From: Alphaproteobacteria bacterium
GTDB taxonomy: Bacteria > Pseudomonadota > Alphaproteobacteria > GCA-2731375
NCBI GenBank assembly: GCA_965238305.1
Contig: CBDEHK010000001.1
Coordinates: 1,298,391-1,362,390 of the forward strand
Direction of reading: 5' to 3'
Length of the DNA: 64,000 nucleotides
Under the pieces are notes generated by a model. The model searched no databases. It was not told the origin of the DNA and saw only the letters and a list, made by a program, of their open reading frames with translations. Both the position numbers and the translations under genes were made by a program. Below are positions 47,339-57,295 of this stretch, one piece after another; the first letter of the stretch is position 1, and each line of letters opens with the position of its first letter.

Positions 47339-48136
47339 CTAGATACAATCTTTCAACATCTGCAATTGCTGCCGCGTTTCCTGCAAATGTCGGTCATCTA
47401 GGTCAATAACAGCGATCCCGCTTTGGTTCGCGCCGGCATCGCTCAGACATTGACCATCGGGGCCGTGAATGGCGCTCATGCCGCCATAGGCTAGGCCGTC
47501 ATGCTCCCCAACATAATTTGAAAACGCCAGATAGATGGTATTTTCAAGCGACCGGGCTGGAAAATACACTGTTCGTCGATAGTCCGAGCGACCAAGCGGA
47601 AAGGCACCGGACAGCAGATAGACATCTGTTTCGGCCAGCGCATATTTACGCGCATGTTCTGGAAAACTACTATCATAGCAGATGCCCAAACCCAGTTTCC
47701 AACCGTCGATATTGAGAGATCGCTGCTGGGACCCACGGGCGAACCATCTTTTTTCATCACCGTCCAGATACATCTTGTAGTAAATCGTTTCGACTTCACC
47801 GCCTCTGTTGATCGCGATGGCGGAAAGATGCAGGCCTTGTTCGCCTGCGACCGGCGCCCCAACGACAGCGCCGATGTTGAAACGTGCGCAAGCAGCGCGT
47901 AAGTCGGTCAGGACCCCACCCATCGGATCGATGGCGCAGGCACGCGGATCTTTATCGAGCAGGCTTGAACAATACCCCGTAACGGACAATTCAGGAAAAA
48001 TCACCAGGGCTACGCCTGCGTCGGCGGCTTGCGCCAGCAATTCGATGTGGCGAGCGATATTGTGAGCCAAATTTCCATTGACGGCGTCAAATTGCGCCAC
48101 CGCCAAACGAATGGATGATCGAAGTCCGCTTTCCAT
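47339..48136 (-). CDS. carbon-nitrogen hydrolase (nitrilase superfamily) protein
   Basis: IRLAVAQF...LVIFPELSVTGY carries the E-K-C triad context typical of CN hydrolases. Confidence 0.75.
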   Translation of the reverse strand: MESGLRSSIRLAVAQFDAVNGNLAHNIARHIELLAQAADAGVALVIFPELSVTGYCSSLLDKDPRACAIDPMGGVLTDLRAACARFNIGAVVGAPVAGEQGLHLSAIAINRGGEVETIYYKMYLDGDEKRWFARGSQQRSLNIDGWKLGLGICYDSSFPEHARKYALAETDVYLLSGAFPLGRSDYRRTVYFPARSLENTIYLAFSNYVGEHDGLAYGGMSAIHGPDGQCLSDAGANQSGIAVIDLDDRHLQETRQQLQMLKDCI

Positions 48137-48169
48137 CGGCCTCTTTCCCTCATCTTGCATTAAAACGGT

Positions 48170-49015
48170 TTAGGCCTTCAGTTTCCAGCCGCGTCGGAAC
48201 ATCGTAACAGCAGCTGTCCATAGAACAACATTCAGCGTCACGAAAATGGCGACCCCGATCCACAGATTACCATCAGCCTTGCCGATAAAGGCGTAGCGGA
48301 ACCCATCAATGGCGTAGAAGAACGGATTGAACTGGCTCAAATCGTGCCAGATGCCGGGCAACCGCTCGATCGAATAAAAGGTGCCGGACAAAAATGCCAA
48401 AGGTGTAATGATGAAATTTGTGATCATCGACATCTGATCGAATTTTTCCGCCCAAACGCCGGTCAACATGCCCGCCAGCGCCAATGCCCGCGACGCTGAA
48501 ATGGCAAAGAAAAACAGCGCCCAGAAATTGTGAATGCTGAGGTCGACAAACATGAACATGCCGAAAGCGACCGCCAGGGCGACGCAAATTCCGCGCGATA
48601 TACCGGCCAGGGCAATACAAGTGACCAATTCTCCGGCACTTAAGGGCGGCATCAGGATATCGACTATATTACCTTGAATTTTGGAGATTAGCAGGCTGGA
48701 CGAAGAATTGGCGAAACTGTTCTGGATGATCGCCATCATGATTAAGCCAGGCGCCAAGAATTCGCCATAACTCACTTCACCATTGCCGGTAAAACGGCTG
48801 CCGAAGGCCAAGGTGAAGATCGCTAAAAACAAAAGCGTTGTCGAAACCGGGGCCAGGATGGATTGGGCATAAACTTTTAAAAAACGCTGGCATTCTTTAC
48901 TGTAAAGCACCCAGGCGCCATACCAATTCACGCCCCGCCCCACATAGGGTTGGAAGAGAGGTTGATCGTTGTCTTTGAAAGCGCCTAATTCGAGGTCAAT
49001 TTTATGCTGGTTCAA
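48170..49015 (-). CDS. ABC-2 type transporter permease
   Basis: 281 aa, 6 predicted TM helices, ABC-2 family pattern. No ATPase gene is immediately adjacent in the window. Confidence 0.6.
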   Translation of the reverse strand: MNQHKIDLELGAFKDNDQPLFQPYVGRGVNWYGAWVLYSKECQRFLKVYAQSILAPVSTTLLFLAIFTLAFGSRFTGNGEVSYGEFLAPGLIMMAIIQNSFANSSSSLLISKIQGNIVDILMPPLSAGELVTCIALAGISRGICVALAVAFGMFMFVDLSIHNFWALFFFAISASRALALAGMLTGVWAEKFDQMSMITNFIITPLAFLSGTFYSIERLPGIWHDLSQFNPFFYAIDGFRYAFIGKADGNLWIGVAIFVTLNVVLWTAAVTMFRRGWKLKA

Positions 49016-49656
49016 AATACGCCAAATTTCTTGAATGCGTCGACCGGATCCATGCCGCCCATCAAGGCGGCGCGCATCTCGGTTTCCGTATTCGCTTTTT
49101 CTTCGGTTGCAATGATCGCCTCTTCTGCCATGGATCGGGGGATAATGACAACACCGTCAATGTCGGCCAGGACAAAATCACCGCTTTCGATATCAACGCC
49201 ACCAATATTTATCGGCTCGCCCATGCTTTTGGCGACCCAGCGGCCGACAATATCTTTGGGCGTGTTGTGACGGCAGAAAGTAGGGAATTCGTTCTTCAGC
49301 AGAAAATCGACATCCCGGGAAGCACCGTCAACGACATAGCCGCGCACGCCCTTGTTCTTCAGGACTTCAGAGGATAATTCCCCCATCAAGGCGACTTCAT
49401 AGGTATTTGGCTGGCAGACCAGAACTTTGCCCGCTGGCGCTTTCGATAACAAGGTCGCCCATTGGACCAAGGTTTCGTGATCGTCTTGTCCAGTTTGATA
49501 ATGACCGTCGATTGTATGAATTTCACCGGCCAATTTTTGCGCAGGGATCAAGGCCCGAATGCCGGGCGGTAACACACAATTGTCGTGTCCCATGGCGCGC
49601 AATGCGTCATAAACTGCACTGGCATAAAGGTTTTCCAGTCTTTCCGTCAAAGTCAT
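49012..49656 (-). CDS. RraA family protein (RNase E regulator / 4-hydroxy-4-methyl-2-oxoglutarate aldolase-like)
   Basis: 214 aa. ...VLVCQPNTYEVALMGELSSEVLKNKGVRGYVVDGASRDVD... is the RraA/MenG-like fold. Confidence 0.7.
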   Translation of the reverse strand: MTLTERLENLYASAVYDALRAMGHDNCVLPPGIRALIPAQKLAGEIHTIDGHYQTGQDDHETLVQWATLLSKAPAGKVLVCQPNTYEVALMGELSSEVLKNKGVRGYVVDGASRDVDFLLKNEFPTFCRHNTPKDIVGRWVAKSMGEPINIGGVDIESGDFVLADIDGVVIIPRSMAEEAIIATEEKANTETEMRAALMGGMDPVDAFKKFGVF

Positions 49657-49835
49657 GGAAGCTCGCCCATCGAATTTCGATAATTTGATCGGCGCACTAT
49701 ATGTGAAAATAACCTTCGGTCCTAGGGTACTTTTATTTGCCGAGAAGGCGCGCTATATAGGGGTTATATTCAGTTTTGTATCCTCCTCGTCATTCCGGCG
49801 GAGAGCTTCAGTTTCATCATGCAGGAGAATTTCAT

Positions 49836-51020
49836 ATGAGAGAAGCGGTCATCGTATCAACCGCACGGACGCCGATTGGCAAAGCCTATCGCGGTGCGTT
49901 CAACAATACTCATGGTGCCGATATGGGCGGCCATGTCTTGAAACATGCGGTCGAGCGGGCCGGGGTCGAACCGGGCGAGGTTGAAGACGTCATTCTTGGT
50001 ACCGGTGGTCCGGAAGGCGCGACCGGGACTAATATTGCCCGTCAAGCGGCTATTCGTGCCGGTTTCCCGGTCACAGTCGGCGGTGTTACGGTCAATCGGT
50101 TTTGCTCATCCGGCCTGCAAACCATCGCCATGGCGGCGCAACGGGTCATCGTCGATGATGTCCCAGTGATGGCGGCAGGTGGTCTGGAAAGCATCTCCCT
50201 GGTACAGAACGAACATGCCAACAATTATCGCCGCGCCAATGAATGGATTCTTGAAAACAAGCCCGATCTTTACGTCTCCATGCTACAAACGGCGCAAACC
50301 GTTGCCGATCGTTATGGCGTCAGCCGCGATGCCATGGACGAATATGCTTTGGAAAGTCAAATGCGCACCGCTGCGGCGCAGCAGGCTGGTAAGTTCGATG
50401 ACGAAATCGTGCCAATGGAAACGGTGAAGATCGTTGTCGACAAAGAAACCAAAGAAACCAGCGAACAAGTCGTGACCTTGGAAAAAGACGAAGGCAATCG
50501 TCCGACCACGACGGGCGAGGGCCTGAGTGCTCTGGAGCCGGTAACCGGTCCGGACGGCCATATTACTGCCGGTAACGCCAGCCAATTATCCGACGGTGCG
50601 TCAGCTTGCGTGATCATGGAAGCAAAAGATGCGGAAAAACGCGGCATCAATCCGCTGGGTATTTTCCGTGGTTTTGCCTTGGCCGGTTGTGAGCCGGACG
50701 AAATGGGTATCGGCCCGGTATTCGCCGTGCCGCGTTTGCTGGAACGTAACGGCCTCACCGTCGACGATATCGATCTGTGGGAACTGAACGAAGCTTTCGC
50801 AGTGCAAGTGCTTTATTGTCGCGACAAGCTCGGCATTCCACAGGAAAAATTGAATGTCAGCGGCGGTGCGATCTCGGTCGGCCACCCTTATGGCATGAGT
50901 GGTGCCCGTATGGTCGGCCATTCACTGATTGAAGGTAAGCGCCGTGGCGCCAAATATGTCGTTTCCACCATGTGCATTGGTGGTGGCATGGGCGCGGCAG
51001 GCCTATTCGAAGTCGCCTAA
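49836..51020 (+). CDS. acetyl-CoA C-acyltransferase (thiolase)
   Basis: [22 protein letters not shown]..., NRFCSSGLQ (active Cys) and C-terminal [10 protein letters not shown]. Start at ATG 49836. Confidence 0.9.
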   Translation: MREAVIVSTARTPIGKAYRGAFNNTHGADMGGHVLKHAVERAGVEPGEVEDVILGTGGPEGATGTNIARQAAIRAGFPVTVGGVTVNRFCSSGLQTIAMAAQRVIVDDVPVMAAGGLESISLVQNEHANNYRRANEWILENKPDLYVSMLQTAQTVADRYGVSRDAMDEYALESQMRTAAAQQAGKFDDEIVPMETVKIVVDKETKETSEQVVTLEKDEGNRPTTTGEGLSALEPVTGPDGHITAGNASQLSDGASACVIMEAKDAEKRGINPLGIFRGFALAGCEPDEMGIGPVFAVPRLLERNGLTVDDIDLWELNEAFAVQVLYCRDKLGIPQEKLNVSGGAISVGHPYGMSGARMVGHSLIEGKRRGAKYVVSTMCIGGGMGAAGLFEVA

Positions 51021-51052
51021 GCGTCGCGATTTGGCGTCAAGTCACAGATCAA

Positions 51053-51086
51053 AAGGCGGTTGCTTCCGGGCAGCCGCCTTTTTCGC
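51053..51086. terminator. bidirectional rho-independent terminator between the convergent thiolase and thioredoxin-like genes
   Basis: AAAAGGCGGTTGC-TTCCGGG-CAGCCGCCTTTTTCG, a GC-rich stem flanked by an A-run and a T-run. Confidence 0.55.
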
Positions 51087-51089
51087 GTT

Positions 51090-51524
51090 TTAGCCGGTAC
51101 AGGACGGCGCATCGGAGGCCCGTCCGGGGGCCTTGTCCAGCAGACTTTGTATTTTATTTTGGTTGGTTTCGGCGACCATGCGTGCGGCGACTTCGCCACC
51201 CGTCACCATAATCAATGTCGACTGACGTCTGACCGAAAACTCTATGCTGATCGGCGAACTGCTATGTTGATCCCAATCGACATAGAGGAAAGCGATGTTT
51301 TTGTCATAGTCGGAATTCGCAGCGCGTAATGCCTCGATCACACGGACCTGGCGTCGGCAAGTACTTCACCAGGAAGCGCCGAATTCGAGGAAAACAGCAC
51401 ATCCCTTCGCTTTCGCAGCCTCCATGGCCTGTGGTGAATACGGGATACTGCCCTTGCTGGCCTGCGCGCTAAAGGGCGCGGCAAGGGCCAGCGCAAAAAT
51501 CGACAGCAAAATAAATTTCGGCAA
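51090..51524 (-). CDS. secreted thioredoxin-fold selenoprotein candidate with an in-frame UGA (Sec) at 51368..51366 in a W-U-S-T-C active-site motif
   Basis: TTG start at 51524 after an AAGGAG RBS with 7-nt spacing. Product MPKFILLSIFALALAAPFSAQA|SKGSIPYSPQAMEAAKAKGCAVFLEFGASW-U-STCRRQVRVIEALRAANSDYDKNIAFLYVDWDQ...TLIMVTGGEVAARMVAETNQNKIQSLLD. The UGA lies exactly where the first Cys of the thioredoxin WCxxC motif is expected. The downstream region aligns with thioredoxin PTLLLFKNGEVAA. UGA is at the base of hairpin CCTGG-TGAAGTACTTGCCGACG-CCAGG. Track ORF 51090..51341 is the post-UGA part. Confidence 0.6.
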
Positions 51525-51544
51525 AATTCTACTCCTTTACGAAA

Positions 51545-52270
51545 TTACACCGAGACGGAGAAATCCTGTAACCAGATGGGTAGGATATCCAATAATTGGC
51601 CTTCCAGCCAATAGTTGAAGCCCAATAATATGGCCGTACCGACACACAAAAACGTGATCCCGAGAATGAGTTTGGCCCGATTCGCCAGTTGCTGGAGGGC
51701 AATTTGCCGACGAACAATGACTTCACGCGCACCGAACGCCAGGGCGATCATGACCGTCGAAACGCCTAGGGCGAAGAAACTCATGATCGCGCCGGCCCAG
51801 GCGATGTCTTGCCCTTGCGAGGCAAGCGATATCGCGCCGCCCAAGGTCGGTCCGATGCAGGGAGACCAAACCGCGCCCAACAGCACCCCGCCCAAAAACT
51901 GGCCGCGCAATCCGGTCATGCTATCCCCGGCGTCGAGTTGGCGCATGAGGATGTCCGCTTTGCCGGCCAAGTTGGCTGTTGCCGCGGCAAACTTCTCATT
52001 CATTTGCGGGACTAATAGGACAATGCCAAATCCGATCATCAGCCAGGCGCCAATCGTTGTCATGACTCCTTGATCAAGGCCGATGGAAGCGCCAAGAGTG
52101 ATCACAAATAACCCGACAACAACAAATGAAAAACTAAGGCCAGCGGCAAGTGCAATTGGCCCACGCCGATCGCTCTGCAACGAGGCTGCGAGCACAATTG
52201 GCAGAACCGGCAAAACACATGGGTTCACCAAGGTCAAAATTCCCGCCGCATAGGCCAACAACAATTCCAC
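51545..52270 (-). CDS. ccdA: cytochrome c biogenesis protein CcdA (DsbD-family transmembrane thiol-disulfide transporter)
   Basis: Conserved TM cysteines in LVNPCVLPVLP and WSPCIGP. The probable start is GTG at 52270 (MELLLAYAAG...). Ends 20 nt upstream of the thioredoxin-like gene. Confidence 0.8.
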   Translation of the reverse strand: MELLLAYAAGILTLVNPCVLPVLPIVLAASLQSDRRGPIALAAGLSFSFVVVGLFVITLGASIGLDQGVMTTIGAWLMIGFGIVLLVPQMNEKFAAATANLAGKADILMRQLDAGDSMTGLRGQFLGGVLLGAVWSPCIGPTLGGAISLASQGQDIAWAGAIMSFFALGVSTVMIALAFGAREVIVRRQIALQQLANRAKLILGITFLCVGTAILLGFNYWLEGQLLDILPIWLQDFSVSV

Positions 52271-52484
52271 TAGTAATAACTCCTGTAAGAACCGGTCATT
52301 GCCTCCGACACGATCATCTTCCGGCAGCAAAACAAAACCATACCATACCATAGGTAGCGAAACGCGCTTGCAACGTCACTTCAATTCCCCGCTACTATCG
52401 ATCGCATTAAGCAATCGAACCGCTATTTGTAGGTTTCTAAACAGCCTGCTAATGTTGTGATGAACTGCACAGGGAATAGAGTTA

Positions 52485-52832
52485 GTGAAAGTCTACAAAG
52501 GGACGCGGGATGTAAATGGGATCCGGGTGACCGTTGACGGTCAACCGCTGGACCCGCGCACAGATCTGCGTGACTTTCACGCCGATACATTTGAATGGGG
52601 TTACGACGGGCCTGGCCCCCGGCAGCTCGCTTTTGCAATCTTGGCTGATTTTGAAAGCTCGGAAATAGCTTTTCAGCGCTATCGCGATTTTTCCGAAGAC
52701 GTCATTGCAAAACTGAGTGACAGTGCGTGGGTTTTAACGTCGGAAGACATCGGCCAGAGCCAGGAAGGCGTGGTTTATGTCGACATGGATCTCGACACCT
52801 TGTTGAAGAAAGTGCGCGGTGAAATTGACTGA
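52485..52832 (+). CDS. hypothetical protein
   Basis: 115-aa ORF upstream of the acyl-CoA ligase gene, overlapping it by a few codons. No recognisable motif. Confidence 0.4.
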   Translation: MKVYKGTRDVNGIRVTVDGQPLDPRTDLRDFHADTFEWGYDGPGPRQLAFAILADFESSEIAFQRYRDFSEDVIAKLSDSAWVLTSEDIGQSQEGVVYVDMDLDTLLKKVRGEID

Positions 52833-54429
52833 GCGAACGCTATCGGCGGTGCTGGCCAGACAGGTGCGGGATAACCCCGCCATCCCCGCGATTGTTTACG
52901 ATACCCAAACCGTTAGTTTCGCGGAATTGGACGATCTCAGCCGACGGGTCGCAACTTCGTTGCAAAATTGCGGTATTGGGGTTGGTGATCGGGTCGCGTT
53001 TTGGTTGCCGAATACGATAGCCTATCTGACCCTCTATCTTGCCTGCGCCCGCTTGGGGGCTATCGCGGTGGCCGTGAACACCCGTTTTCGCGGCGTCGAG
53101 GTGGCTGATATCGTGAGCCGGTCGGGCGCCAAGATGCTGATCATGTGGCCGGGCTTCCGTAACATCGATTTTCCAGGAATCTTGGCGGAAATCGATGCAT
53201 CGGCGCTGGCAGGATTAGCAGCGATTGTCATCTATCAGGAAGATGAGCGAGAGTTTTTTCTGCCCAGCAATCTGCAACATTGCGATCTGCACCACTACGG
53301 CGAAATATGTGCCGCGCCGGCAATGACGGAAGATTATTCGGAACCGAATCAGGCTTGCAACATATTCACCACTTCCGGCACCACAAAAGCACCGAAATTT
53401 GTTCTGCATGGGCAAGCTGACTTAACCGACCATGGTCATGACGTTGTGGCCAGCCTGCCAGCGGCGGCGGCCGGTGAAGCGATGCTTCAAACCCTGCCGT
53501 TCTGTGGTGTTTTTGGCTTTACGCAGTTCGTCGCATCATTGGTCGGCGGCCATACGATGATTGTGATGAACGCTTTTGACGCGCAGGAGGCGGTGGCGAA
53601 TATTGATCGCCACAACATCCGGTATTTGAACGCGACCGACGACATGATCGAAGCTCTGTTGGCAGCGGATAGCCGCCCTCAAGCGCTGCCGAGCATCGAG
53701 TTCTGTGGTTATGGATCGTTCAATACCGACCCGGAAGAAATTGTTCGCAAAGCGGAGGACCGGGGACTTAAATTGGTTGGCCTTTATGGCATGAGCGAAG
53801 TGCAAGCTTTCTTCTCTCGTCAACCGGAAGATCTGACGGTAGAAGAGCGGATGCTAGGTGGCGGCAAGCTATTGTCTGCCAAAGCTAAGGTTCGCATTCG
53901 CGATCCAGATAGTGGTGAATTGTTGCCGCACGGCCGACATGGTGAATTGGAATTGACCGGACCAAGCCTGATGCTTGGTTATTTCGAGAATCCGGAAGCT
54001 AATGCCGAAGCATTCACCGATGATGGTTTCATTCGTAGCGGCGATATGGGCTACACCGTCGACGATGATCGTTTCGTCTTTCTGGCCCGCATGGGCGACG
54101 TTTTGCGGTTGGGCGGCTTTCTGGTCTCGCCGGTGGAAATCGAAACTCATATTCAGGAAGCTGCCGGCGTATCGGGATGCCAAGTCGTCAGCAGCAATAT
54201 TGCCGGCAAAGCCCGTGCCGTTGCGTTTGTCACAATGGCCTCTCATGCGGGCTTTGATGAAGCGGCGTTGCGCCAACATTGCCACGCTGGACTGGCAAAG
54301 TTCAAAGCACCGGCAGCGATCTTCCAACTGAAGGAATTTCCAACGACGCCCAGCGCCAACGGGACAAAAATTCAACGCGCCAAACTGCGCCAATGGGCCG
54401 GGGAGTGGACGCGCGAAGCAGGGGATTGA
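52819..54429 (+). CDS. AMP-dependent synthetase/ligase (class I adenylate-forming enzyme)
   Basis: 536 aa with core adenylation motifs (TSGTTKAPK..., GYGMSE, ...RSGDMGY...). Confidence 0.8.
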   Translation: MKLTERTLSAVLARQVRDNPAIPAIVYDTQTVSFAELDDLSRRVATSLQNCGIGVGDRVAFWLPNTIAYLTLYLACARLGAIAVAVNTRFRGVEVADIVSRSGAKMLIMWPGFRNIDFPGILAEIDASALAGLAAIVIYQEDEREFFLPSNLQHCDLHHYGEICAAPAMTEDYSEPNQACNIFTTSGTTKAPKFVLHGQADLTDHGHDVVASLPAAAAGEAMLQTLPFCGVFGFTQFVASLVGGHTMIVMNAFDAQEAVANIDRHNIRYLNATDDMIEALLAADSRPQALPSIEFCGYGSFNTDPEEIVRKAEDRGLKLVGLYGMSEVQAFFSRQPEDLTVEERMLGGGKLLSAKAKVRIRDPDSGELLPHGRHGELELTGPSLMLGYFENPEANAEAFTDDGFIRSGDMGYTVDDDRFVFLARMGDVLRLGGFLVSPVEIETHIQEAAGVSGCQVVSSNIAGKARAVAFVTMASHAGFDEAALRQHCHAGLAKFKAPAAIFQLKEFPTTPSANGTKIQRAKLRQWAGEWTREAGD

Positions 54430-54431
54430 AG

Positions 54432-55334
54432 ATGGGGAAGCCGAATATCGATAAAACAGCGGCGAAGGTCGCGGTGCTTGAATATTGCAAGCGTAAGGGC
54501 GCTTTGGTTGCCGGGATCGCCGACCTAGACGCACTGGAACGCATTGCGCCGGCTGGCCACCGGCCCAGCGACATCATGCCCCGGGTGAAATCTGTCATTT
54601 CCTTGGGTGTTGGCGGCCAAACCCAAGGTGCTTGGACCGTCCCATCAAAGGCCATGGCTTATTTCGGCAGCACGGAAACTCGGGCTTATGGCATCAGTTA
54701 TGGCCTGAGTTTTTTCCTGGAAAGCAGATACCATGCCCGCTCAATTTATTGTCCGCCGGATCTCGATAACGAAGCCGGACCCCGGGTGCCGTTGCAAAGT
54801 CTGAAATTACATGCGGAATTGGCGGGCCTGGGTGCGCGTTCGCTGGCCGGCGATATCCTGCTGCATCCGGAATTCGGCTACATGTATTTCGCTTCCGTCT
54901 TTACTGAGTTGGAGCTGGAGCCGGATCAACCATTGGCGGAAAATCCCTGTCCGGCGCCATCTTGCGTCAACATGTACAAAAGCATTGGCCAGACGCCGTG
55001 TATGAAGTTCTGTCCGGCTGAATGCCTCAGCGGGACAATAGACGACGACGGCGCGCAGGTAGAGATGAATTACGACATGCATGCCTGCGCCGAACTCTCA
55101 CAGCAGTATGAAGCGGTGCCAAAAATGCTTGCCGACGCGATCCGCCAAGAAGATCCGGAAGCACAGGCCACTGCTTTGCTGGATCCCAGCAACAAGATGC
55201 TCTGGTACAAAATGTCGGTTGGTTCGGGCGGGCTGCTGGCGCAATGTTTTGAATGCATGCGGGTCTGTCCGATTGCAACCAAGGCCCCGATGGCTGATCC
55301 AATCCTGCGTTCGCAAGCGGCGGAGACGGATTAA
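54432..55334 (+). CDS. 4Fe-4S cluster-binding protein (QueG / reductive-dehalogenase-like ferredoxin domain)
   Basis: ...LHPEFGYMYFASVFTELEL...CPAPSCVNMYKSIGQTPCMKFCPAEC...CFECMRVCP are two ferredoxin-like Cys clusters. Lies between two ligase genes. Confidence 0.5.
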   Translation: MGKPNIDKTAAKVAVLEYCKRKGALVAGIADLDALERIAPAGHRPSDIMPRVKSVISLGVGGQTQGAWTVPSKAMAYFGSTETRAYGISYGLSFFLESRYHARSIYCPPDLDNEAGPRVPLQSLKLHAELAGLGARSLAGDILLHPEFGYMYFASVFTELELEPDQPLAENPCPAPSCVNMYKSIGQTPCMKFCPAECLSGTIDDDGAQVEMNYDMHACAELSQQYEAVPKMLADAIRQEDPEAQATALLDPSNKMLWYKMSVGSGGLLAQCFECMRVCPIATKAPMADPILRSQAAETD

Positions 55335-57295
55335 TGGTGGCCGGGAAATCGGCCGCGGAGACCGGCGTCACCAAAGCCATGATTGAAAGTTTTGGCGAAA
55401 CAGTGTTTCGCCTCAGCCACAATGTGCAACGTCGGCTTGGCGACCCGATCCGCGAATTGGATTTTGAGGAGATTGAAAAGCAGCGCGCCCAGTTAGGCCT
55501 GGCCGATCATGAAATTGCTGCCAAGGTCGGCCTGACCCGTGCCCAAGTTGTCTATATCCGCAATGTGATGGAATGGCGGCATTTCGAACGCAGCACCTAT
55601 CATCGCCTCAACGAGTTGGGTGGTGGCAAGCGTTATCGCCCCGAGCGCGAGGTGGCGGCGGGCGACTTGCGCTCCCAAAACGCCCGCGCTTTCGCCTTGC
55701 GGGAAGCCATCACTTATCCGTCTGTCTTAGTTCAAAGCTATATCGAACGCGGTTATTGGCAGGGTGATACGATCCGTGCCTGGATCGACAAATGGGCCAC
55801 CGCGACGCCTGACGCGCCGGCCATTCTCCACGGCGAAACCAACATCAGTTATGCTGAATTTGCCGATCAAGTACGCCAACTTGCCAGCGCCTTCTATGAT
55901 CTGGGCTTACGTAAAGGCGCCGTGGTGGCGATCCAGCTGCCAAATATTCCGGAATTCCTGATTGCCTATAGCGCGCTTGCCTATATGGGCGCCGTGATGA
56001 CGACCCTTTATATGCCGCATCGGGCGCAGGAAATGCGCACCCTGATGGGTCATAGCGGCGCCCGGGCGATCATTTGCCTCAGTGATGCAGCCGGGTTCGC
56101 GGCAGCCGCCACGGCGGTGCAGTTAAGTGCTGACCTTGCGGATTTAGACCATGTTGTCACGATCGGTGCGCCAGTGGATGGCGCCTTGTCATTTGCCGAC
56201 CTGGCGCAGCAGGCGGTTCTTGAAACGCCCGGTGAGGTGCCGGTCGCCGGCGATCCGTTGATGTTGCTCTATACCTCCGGCACAACTTCTAGCCCCAAGG
56301 GGGTGCCGCATTCGTCTCATTCGATCCTGTCGAACGCACGCCTAGGTTTGGCGGAACATAATGTCAGCAGCAATGATGTGCTATTGTCGGCGGCGCCGTT
56401 TGGGCATTTGTTTGCGCTGTATAGTTTTCATCTGGCACTTGCCGCGGGGGCGACTAATTTATTGCTGCCGGTCTTTACGCCGCCAGATATGGTCAAGACC
56501 GCGGCGACTGGAAAAGCGACAATGCTCTTTACCGCGCCGGCGCATATCGCGGCTTGTTTGGGACTGGGTCTGTTCGACGCGGCTGATCTTGGCTGCTTAA
56601 AGTTGGCAATTATGTCCGGGGCGGCAGTGCCACCGGATCTGGCGCGTGCTTTCGCGGCGAAACTTGAAAACTGTGAAGTGTCGCAATTATGGGGCATGAC
56701 GGAAACGCAAGCCGGGCTTTACACCCGACCCGGCGATGATCTGGATGTCGCCGCCAGTAGCGCCGGACGGGTCAGCCCAGGCACTGAAGTCAAGATCGTT
56801 GGCGAAGATGGCGCGGCAGTTCCGACCGGTGAGATCGGGGAATTATTGCTGCGCGGGGCCTTGATGTTCCCTGGCTATTTCGACAATCCTGGGGCCAATG
56901 AAAGCGCCTTTTCCGATGATGGTTATTTTCGCTCCGGCGATCTGGCCTGCATCGACGCGGCCGGCAATGTCGCCATTGTTGGGCGGACAAAGGATGTGAT
57001 CAATCGCGGCGGGGTCAAATACAATCCTCGCGATATTGAAGATCTGCTCGATAGTCATCCGAAGATCATGCAGTCCGCAATCGTGCCAATGCCGGATGAG
57101 ATATTGGGTGAGCGAGCTTGTTGTTTTGTCACGCTGGCCGGCGAAGAGGGTATCGATCTGGCGGAAATATGCGATTATCTGGCCGCTCACGCGATCGCCA
57201 AAACCAAGTTACCTGAGCGCTTGGAAATTGTCGCAGAAATGCCGATGACGCCGACACGCAAGGTGATCAAGGCCAAGTTGGCGTTGTTGCTTTAG
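55334..57295 (+). CDS. AMP-dependent synthetase/ligase with an unusual roughly 120-aa N-terminal extension
   Basis: C-terminal 530 aa are a standard adenylate-forming enzyme (LYTSGTTSSPKGV, WGMTE, RSGDLAC, PMTPTRKVIKAKL). The N-terminal extension contains an HTH-like stretch (IAAKVGLTRAQVVYIRNVM). It could also be a separate small gene with a non-ATG ligase start. Confidence 0.7.
   Translation: MVAGKSAAETGVTKAMIESFGETVFRLSHNVQRRLGDPIRELDFEEIEKQRAQLGLADHEIAAKVGLTRAQVVYIRNVMEWRHFERSTYHRLNELGGGKRYRPEREVAAGDLRSQNARAFALREAITYPSVLVQSYIERGYWQGDTIRAWIDKWATATPDAPAILHGETNISYAEFADQVRQLASAFYDLGLRKGAVVAIQLPNIPEFLIAYSALAYMGAVMTTLYMPHRAQEMRTLMGHSGARAIICLSDAAGFAAAATAVQLSADLADLDHVVTIGAPVDGALSFADLAQQAVLETPGEVPVAGDPLMLLYTSGTTSSPKGVPHSSHSILSNARLGLAEHNVSSNDVLLSAAPFGHLFALYSFHLALAAGATNLLLPVFTPPDMVKTAATGKATMLFTAPAHIAACLGLGLFDAADLGCLKLAIMSGAAVPPDLARAFAAKLENCEVSQLWGMTETQAGLYTRPGDDLDVAASSAGRVSPGTEVKIVGEDGAAVPTGEIGELLLRGALMFPGYFDNPGANESAFSDDGYFRSGDLACIDAAGNVAIVGRTKDVINRGGVKYNPRDIEDLLDSHPKIMQSAIVPMPDEILGERACCFVTLAGEEGIDLAEICDYLAAHAIAKTKLPERLEIVAEMPMTPTRKVIKAKLALLL

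Noticed and set aside
51615-52073. 152-aa plus-strand ORF opposite ccdA
   Set aside because: Antisense to the CcdA coding frame, which carries both conserved TM cysteines. No independent support.
53869-54534. 221-aa minus-strand ORF within the first AMP-ligase gene
   Set aside because: Antisense shadow ORF. The plus-strand ligase motifs are continuous across it.
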